Positions 58,959-64,000 of a DNA stretch of 64,000 nt are shown piece by piece (position 1 is the first letter of the stretch; each line of letters starts with the position of its first letter). The translations under genes were made by a program, and so were the position numbers. The notes under the pieces are model-generated. The model worked only from the letters and a program-made list of their open reading frames with translations, was not told the origin of the DNA and did no database searches. The DNA is from an uncultured Nitrososphaerota archaeon. GTDB lineage: Archaea > Thermoproteota > Nitrososphaeria > Nitrososphaerales > Nitrosopumilaceae. Where the stretch lies: the NCBI GenBank assembly GCA_963701075.1, contig OY969559.1, positions 1,280,001-1,344,000 of the forward strand, written 5' to 3'.

Positions 58959-59663
58959 TTGAAGATCCATATGCCGTCACTTGGAATTGGTGTTGGTTTA
59001 GTCATAGCTGTGATCATAGTGGTCTTTTTAGTTTATGGGCAGGGCATGATGAAAACCCCCTCTCCCGAAATTTCCTCTCAGAATATGCAGAATACTAGTC
59101 AAACAGTAGGTCTTAATCTTATAACAGGTAACGTATCCCCAGTTCTAGGTTCAGAGAACGCTTCAATCACAATGATAGAGTTCGGAGATTACCAGTGTTT
59201 TTATTGTAACAATTTTTTTCACAATACTGAATCTGGCATAGTAGAGAACTATATCGACACTGGTAAAGTCAAAATGTACTTCAAGGACTTTACAATCATA
59301 GGTCAAGATTCGGTTAATGCAGCTAATGCCGCGCATTGTGCCCAGGATCAAGGAAAATTCTGGGAGTATCACGATACCTTGTATAGTAACTGGGCAGGTG
59401 AGAACACTGGTTGGGCTTCTTCTGCAAACTTGGAACGATTTGCAAATCAGGTAGGTCTAAACCAGACTCAATTTAATCAATGTATGATTCAGGCAAAATA
59501 CATCACAACTATTCGCAATAGTGTCTCAGATGCTAACAATCTGGGTCTTACCGGAACCCCAGATTTCTTCATAATGGGGCCTGATAATTCTATCACGAAG
59601 GTAGTTGGCGCTCAGCCATACCAAGTATTTGATGAAATTTTCAAGTCTAAACTGAAATCCTGA
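58959..59663 (+). CDS. DsbA-family thiol-disulfide oxidoreductase
   Basis: EFGDYQCFYC, DQGKFWEYHD, GTPDF, VGAQP. Confidence 0.92.
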   Translation: MKIHMPSLGIGVGLVIAVIIVVFLVYGQGMMKTPSPEISSQNMQNTSQTVGLNLITGNVSPVLGSENASITMIEFGDYQCFYCNNFFHNTESGIVENYIDTGKVKMYFKDFTIIGQDSVNAANAAHCAQDQGKFWEYHDTLYSNWAGENTGWASSANLERFANQVGLNQTQFNQCMIQAKYITTIRNSVSDANNLGLTGTPDFFIMGPDNSITKVVGAQPYQVFDEIFKSKLKS

Positions 59664-59768
59664 GATATTTTTTGTCTGTTTCATTAAAAAAGCGAATAAA
59701 ACCGTGGTTTTGTGAGATCAAGTTGACTCTCAAAATGCTTATATTTGTTACATCTAAGCTCTCAGCTG

Positions 59769-61163
59769 TTGGCTGCAGGTATAGATGACATAGCCATCTA
59801 CGTTCCAAGATTATTTGTAGACGCCAGAGATTTCGCAAAAGCTCGTGGCATGGATCCGGATAAACTTCAACGTGGATTAGGTGTTTCTCAGATGGCTATC
59901 GTGGATACTAATCAAGATCCTGCATGCATGGCAGCCAATGCATGTCTAAGGTTAATTGAGAGAAACAAACTCGCTCCAAAGGATATTGGGAGACTCTATG
60001 TGGCTACAGAGTCTTCTCTTGACGAATCAAAAGCTATGAATTCTTATGTCATAGGCATGTTGGAACAAATCTACGGTGATGATTCTTTAGAACACTGTGG
60101 CGGAATTGAATGTAAGTTTGCATGCGTTAGCGGTTCATATGCGTTGTATGATAACTCAAACTGGATCAGGGCCGGGGAGGCTGAAGGGAAGTATGCAATT
60201 GTAGTTGTCTCGGACATTGCAAAATATGATCTTGGTTCTAGCGGCGAATATACCCAAGGCGCAGGTGCTGTTGCAATGTTATTAAATGATACTCCAAGAA
60301 TTATGACTTTCGATCCAAAGGTAACATCTACTTCAATAAAAAACGAATATGATTTCTACAGGCCATTTGGGAAGGAAACTCCTATTGTCAACGGGCAATA
60401 TTCTAACCTACTTTATATGATTCAGGTAAAGAAGGCGCTTATGGCATACCGAGAAAAGGCATTATCCACCGGATTGATTAAACTAAAAGAAGGGGAGACC
60501 ATCTTAGACTACATCGATTTCATAAACATGCATCTTCCATACAGTAACATGGGCAAGAAAGCACTTGCCTATCTGTTAAGACATGAGTGGAGGAATATGC
60601 CATATTGGAAGAAAATAATTGAAAAGATGGGAATGGCCGAACCCGCGCCGAAGGACCCACGAGGAACAATTGAATCTGTTCTTGCCGATGAAGAGTTCAT
60701 GGCAAAAGACCATGAATTTACAAAGCGATTTACACAAACCGAAGAATTTCAAGACGCATATGATTCAAAACTTGCGAGCTCTTTGATTGCGTCAAGAATA
60801 GTTGGAAATCTATATACTGCATCTCTCTACATGGGGTTCAGAAGCTGCCTTGAATTTGAATTTCAAAAAGGAACTGAACTGGAAGGAAAAAGATTTGGAT
60901 TTGGTTCCTATGGAAGTGGTAGTAGCGCAATGGTTTTCAGTGGCGTGATAATGCCAACATACAAAGAAATTGTAAAAGACATGAATTTAGAGTCAGAAAT
61001 AGGCAATAGGGTAAAGGTCTCACTTGAAGAATATGAGGAAATCCACGAAAATAAGCGCGGTCTAAATGATAACCTCATAGATAGCAAAAAAGAGTTTGTT
61101 TTAGTAGGTATAGCGAATACTCCTGAGATGCGTGGTCAACGCACGTATGTTTTCAAAGAATAG
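59769..61163 (+). CDS. Hydroxymethylglutaryl-CoA synthase
   Basis: AGIDDIAIYVP, VATES, KFACVSG, TQGAGAVA, DFYRP, HLPY, GNLYTAS, SYGSG; likely TTG start at 59769. Confidence 0.93.
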   Translation: MAAGIDDIAIYVPRLFVDARDFAKARGMDPDKLQRGLGVSQMAIVDTNQDPACMAANACLRLIERNKLAPKDIGRLYVATESSLDESKAMNSYVIGMLEQIYGDDSLEHCGGIECKFACVSGSYALYDNSNWIRAGEAEGKYAIVVVSDIAKYDLGSSGEYTQGAGAVAMLLNDTPRIMTFDPKVTSTSIKNEYDFYRPFGKETPIVNGQYSNLLYMIQVKKALMAYREKALSTGLIKLKEGETILDYIDFINMHLPYSNMGKKALAYLLRHEWRNMPYWKKIIEKMGMAEPAPKDPRGTIESVLADEEFMAKDHEFTKRFTQTEEFQDAYDSKLASSLIASRIVGNLYTASLYMGFRSCLEFEFQKGTELEGKRFGFGSYGSGSSAMVFSGVIMPTYKEIVKDMNLESEIGNRVKVSLEEYEEIHENKRGLNDNLIDSKKEFVLVGIANTPEMRGQRTYVFKE

Positions 61164-61238
61164 AGAGTATATTTTTGATCTAAACGATCACTGAAAATCA
61201 ACAAAAAAGATATAAAATCATAAAATTCTAAATAGAGC

Positions 61239-61364
61239 ATGAAAGATCGTTCAATGCCAATCTGTTTTACCGCAGAACAATATGGCAAAATTGAGCAAAT
61301 TGCAAAGCAGAGAGGAATGCTTAACGCAAACCAGCTTATCGAAAAAGCCATAAACGAACTATAA
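61239..61364 (+). CDS. 41-aa ribbon-helix-helix/CopG-like micro-protein
   Basis: MKDRSMPICFTAEQYGKIEQIAKQRGMLNANQLIEKAINEL; TATAAA about 25 bp upstream. Confidence 0.7.
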   Translation: MKDRSMPICFTAEQYGKIEQIAKQRGMLNANQLIEKAINEL

Positions 61365-61437
61365 AAACATCGATAAGTTCTTCTTTTTCATTCCACGTCT
61401 ATCAATCTTTTTTAATAGATTTGATTTATTTTGGAGT

Positions 61438-61848
61438 GTGAGTCTATTCGGACGAAAATCCGCAGTTTGTGCTATATGTAAAAAGCAGCTAAGTCACAGG
61501 CATAAACCGAAAAGCGAATGGCAGATAGAGGGTCCCCTATGCGGTGATTGCTATGTTACCCAGATGCAAAAGTTTTATGATCTTAGTTTAAGACAAAAAT
61601 GCATTATTTGTGGTATTGAAAAAGACGTTCCAGACATGTGGGAACCAAAATACCAGTGGGATATGAAAGGGTTGCTTTGTAAAGTATGTTTTGATAAAAA
61701 AGATGAAGAATATAAGAACTTGAAGACCTTTTGCAAGATCTGTGGAAAAAAGCTTGGCATGATAAGGTATAATCCTAAAAGTAAATGGAATATTGGCGGG
61801 AATTTGTGTAGAGAATGCTGGGATTCTCAAAAGGCAAAATTAGGATAG
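61438..61848 (+). CDS. Zinc-finger protein with three CxxC...W..G.LCxxC repeats
   Basis: CAIC..PKSEWQIEGPLCGDC; CIIC..PKYQWDMKGLLCKVC; CKIC..PKSKWNIGGNLCREC. Confidence 0.88.
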   Translation: MSLFGRKSAVCAICKKQLSHRHKPKSEWQIEGPLCGDCYVTQMQKFYDLSLRQKCIICGIEKDVPDMWEPKYQWDMKGLLCKVCFDKKDEEYKNLKTFCKICGKKLGMIRYNPKSKWNIGGNLCRECWDSQKAKLG

Positions 61849-61850
61849 AA

Positions 61851-62054
61851 ATGCGTCTTTTTAAGAAATACAAATGTGAGAAATGCGGTAGGAAGTTTGG
61901 TCAGCAGGAAGAACTAATGCATCATGAGCAAATTGCGCATGATGTCTCTATGTATGATTGCAAAGAATGTAATCTCTATTTTCCTAGCATGGAAACTATG
62001 AGGACACACTTGCAAAGAATGCACAGTTATCAAGGAAAAAGAGATTCTCAGTAA
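61851..62054 (+). CDS. Tandem C2H2 zinc-finger protein
   Basis: YKCEKCGRKF..EELMHHEQIAH and YDCKECNLYF..ETMRTHLQRMH. Confidence 0.88.
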   Translation: MRLFKKYKCEKCGRKFGQQEELMHHEQIAHDVSMYDCKECNLYFPSMETMRTHLQRMHSYQGKRDSQ

Positions 62055-62245
62055 GCTTTTACAGTCTTTACCACTGGCGGTCTTACCTTTGTGAATACTC
62101 TGAAACCGCAGATGCATTTTATTTCTGGGAGTCTTGTCAGCTCGGATTGGCTTACGCGAGTACCGCATCTCATGCAAGCATAAAATACACTGAAACTAGA
62201 TGGTTTTTCTTCTTGTACGCTCTGCTCTTGTATTGGTTCAGACAT
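62048..62245 (-). CDS. rpo12: RNA polymerase subunit Rpo12 (RpoP)
   Basis: YACMRCG...IKCICGFRVFTKVRPPVVKTVKA. Confidence 0.93.
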   Translation of the reverse strand: MSEPIQEQSVQEEKPSSFSVFYACMRCGTRVSQSELTRLPEIKCICGFRVFTKVRPPVVKTVKAY

Positions 62246-62286
62246 GATTTATCAAAAAGTTATCTGTAATTTAAGGCTAACACAAA

Positions 62287-62595
62287 TTATTTGAGTGTCA
62301 GTTCGATGTACACATCATTGGGGATCTTGATTCTCATGAGTTGCCTAATTGCTCGGTCATCTGCACTCAAATCTATTACTCTTCTATGTATTCTCATTTC
62401 CCATTTCTCATATGTATGAGTCCCTTGTCCACAGGGTGACTTGCGAGTTACAACGTTAAGTCTTTTCACAGGCAAAGGAGTTGGACCTTTAACTTTAACG
62501 CCAGTCTTCTCTCCTATTCCTTTTATTTCGCTGCATACTCCATCCAGCCTTTGCAAACTTGTGCTTGTTAATTTTATTCTGGCTGTTTGAGTCAT
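62287..62595 (-). CDS. rpsJ: 30S ribosomal protein uS10
   Basis: ARIKL, KGPTPLP, RKSPCGQG, WEMRIHRRVID. Confidence 0.98.
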   Translation of the reverse strand: MTQTARIKLTSTSLQRLDGVCSEIKGIGEKTGVKVKGPTPLPVKRLNVVTRKSPCGQGTHTYEKWEMRIHRRVIDLSADDRAIRQLMRIKIPNDVYIELTLK

Positions 62596-62603
62596 TCAGA
62601 TCA

Positions 62604-63911
62604 CTATTTTGTGAACTTTTCAGTGATCTCTTTTACTATACCTGCAGCAATTGTTGCACCCATGTCCCTGAGAGCAAATCTGCCAAGCTCTGGAAAGTCT
62701 TGGAATGTCTCAATTGGTAATGGTCGTACTGGTTTGATTCTAACAATGGCAGAATCTCCTGCTTTCAAAAATTTTGGATCTTTTTCTTCAATTGCACCTG
62801 ATTGGGGGTTGATCTTGGCCTCAAATGCAACTATAGTAGCCGCAACTTGGGCAGTGTGAGCATGCATTACGGGGGTATAACCTGGTGCAATAGCAGTTGG
62901 GTGGTGAATTACTATGATTTGTGCTCTGAATTCTTTTGCAACATTTGGTGGAGCATCAGGAGTTCCAATTACATCGCCTCTCTTGATATCTTTCTTTTCA
63001 ATGCCTCTGAGATTGAAACCAATGTTGTCTCCCGGCTCTGCGGATTCCATCTGAGTATGATGAGTTTCAATGCTCTTGATTTCTCCTAAAGCGCCAGATG
63101 GCATGACAATTATTTTCATGTTAGGCTTTGCAACTCCAGTCTCTACACGACCTACTGGTACTGTTCCAACACCAGTGATTGTATAGACATCTTGTACTGG
63201 AATTCTAAGTGACTTGTTAGTTGGTTTATCTGGAAGTTTAAAGTCATCAAATGCTTCATACAACGTCTTTCCTGTCCACCAGGGCATGTTTGGTGATTTT
63301 TTTACCAAGTTATCGCCTTTCCAACCAGAAACTGGAATTATTGGAACTTGCTCAAGCTTGTAACCTACTGATTTTAACAGCTTTTCCGCCTTTTCTTTTG
63401 CTACTTTGAAAGCTTGTTCAGAGTAGTTACTGTCATCCATCTTGTTGATGGCTACTGCCAATTGGCCTACTCCTAAGGTTCTAAGCAAGAATGCATGTTC
63501 TCTTGCTTGTCCTCCTGGTGCAGTAGCAGTATCTGTTTCACCTTCCTTTGCAGAAAGTACAAGAACGGCGCAATCTGCTTCTGAAGCTCCCGTGATCATG
63601 TTTTTGATAAAGTCTCTGTGCCCAGGAGCGTCAATTAGTGTAAAGAAGTATTTTGGTGATTCAAACTTTTGAAATGCTAAATCTATTGTAATTCCTCTTT
63701 CTCTTTCGTCTTTGATATTGTCCATTACCCACGCATACTTGAAAGTGTCTCCCTTGCCAGTCTTTTCTGACTCGGCAGCATGTGCAGCTATTGTTCTCTC
63801 GTCTACAAGACCTAATTCCATAAGGAAATGTCCCATTGTTGTAGACTTGCCATTGTCGATGTGACCGACAACGATCATGTTTAAGTGTGGTTTTTTGCTT
63901 GCAGCGCTCAT
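62604..63911 (-). CDS. tuf: Translation elongation factor EF-1 alpha
   Basis: GHIDNGKST, RERGITID, DAPGHRDF, NKMD, GRFALRDMG. Confidence 0.98.
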   Translation of the reverse strand: MSAASKKPHLNMIVVGHIDNGKSTTMGHFLMELGLVDERTIAAHAAESEKTGKGDTFKYAWVMDNIKDERERGITIDLAFQKFESPKYFFTLIDAPGHRDFIKNMITGASEADCAVLVLSAKEGETDTATAPGGQAREHAFLLRTLGVGQLAVAINKMDDSNYSEQAFKVAKEKAEKLLKSVGYKLEQVPIIPVSGWKGDNLVKKSPNMPWWTGKTLYEAFDDFKLPDKPTNKSLRIPVQDVYTITGVGTVPVGRVETGVAKPNMKIIVMPSGALGEIKSIETHHTQMESAEPGDNIGFNLRGIEKKDIKRGDVIGTPDAPPNVAKEFRAQIIVIHHPTAIAPGYTPVMHAHTAQVAATIVAFEAKINPQSGAIEEKDPKFLKAGDSAIVRIKPVRPLPIETFQDFPELGRFALRDMGATIAAGIVKEITEKFTK

Positions 63912-64000
63912 ACCGAACCATTGAAGACTTGGGCTTTATTACCATTTCGATTTTTTGAAATTGTTTTTGGTAAATTTTCAAGAATTTATGGTCTATCCTT

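Noticed and set aside
1-64000. tRNA or rRNA genes
   Set aside because: No GC-rich cloverleaf with a T-loop motif or rRNA-like segment was seen in any intergenic gap; not confirmed computationally.

Overview
64-kb window of an ammonia-oxidising archaeon (Nitrososphaerota/Thaumarchaeota; gene content suggests a Nitrosotalea/Nitrosarchaeum-like organism, which is an inference). Left arm (1-10.7 kb): DipZ-like thioredoxin and CcdA, bioF-bioB-bioA/bioD, a divergent PII-like gene coupled to a class III nucleotide cyclase, and purE/purK. Centre (10.9-47.2 kb): a motility and signalling island with the archaellum genes (flaB x2, a membrane-anchored ArlC/D/E-like protein, flaG, F, H, I, J, distal flaK), a chemotaxis cluster (2 MCPs, cheW, Y, B, A, C, R, Y, C, D; no recognisable cheF), two histidine kinases, four further stand-alone receivers, TPR, beta-propeller, matrixin, CBS, Ig-like and TrmB proteins. 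Right arm (48-64 kb): mostly housekeeping genes (nucleotidyltransferase, LLM oxidoreductase, thiolase/DUF35, thrC, gap, DsbA, HMG-CoA synthase, rpo12, rps10, tuf). Most notable: (1) a recurring 15-bp palindrome TGTTYR-N3-YRAACA about 40-50 bp upstream of many island genes, a candidate motility regulon operator; (2) six +1 frameshifts in similar non-homopolymer contexts; (3) near-identical duplications of flaB, cheY and a TPR block; (4) a possible PII-cyclase fusion; (5) several micro-proteins missed by the ORF track. No rRNA, tRNA, CRISPR array or transposase was recognised. All calls come from manual reading; no searches were run.
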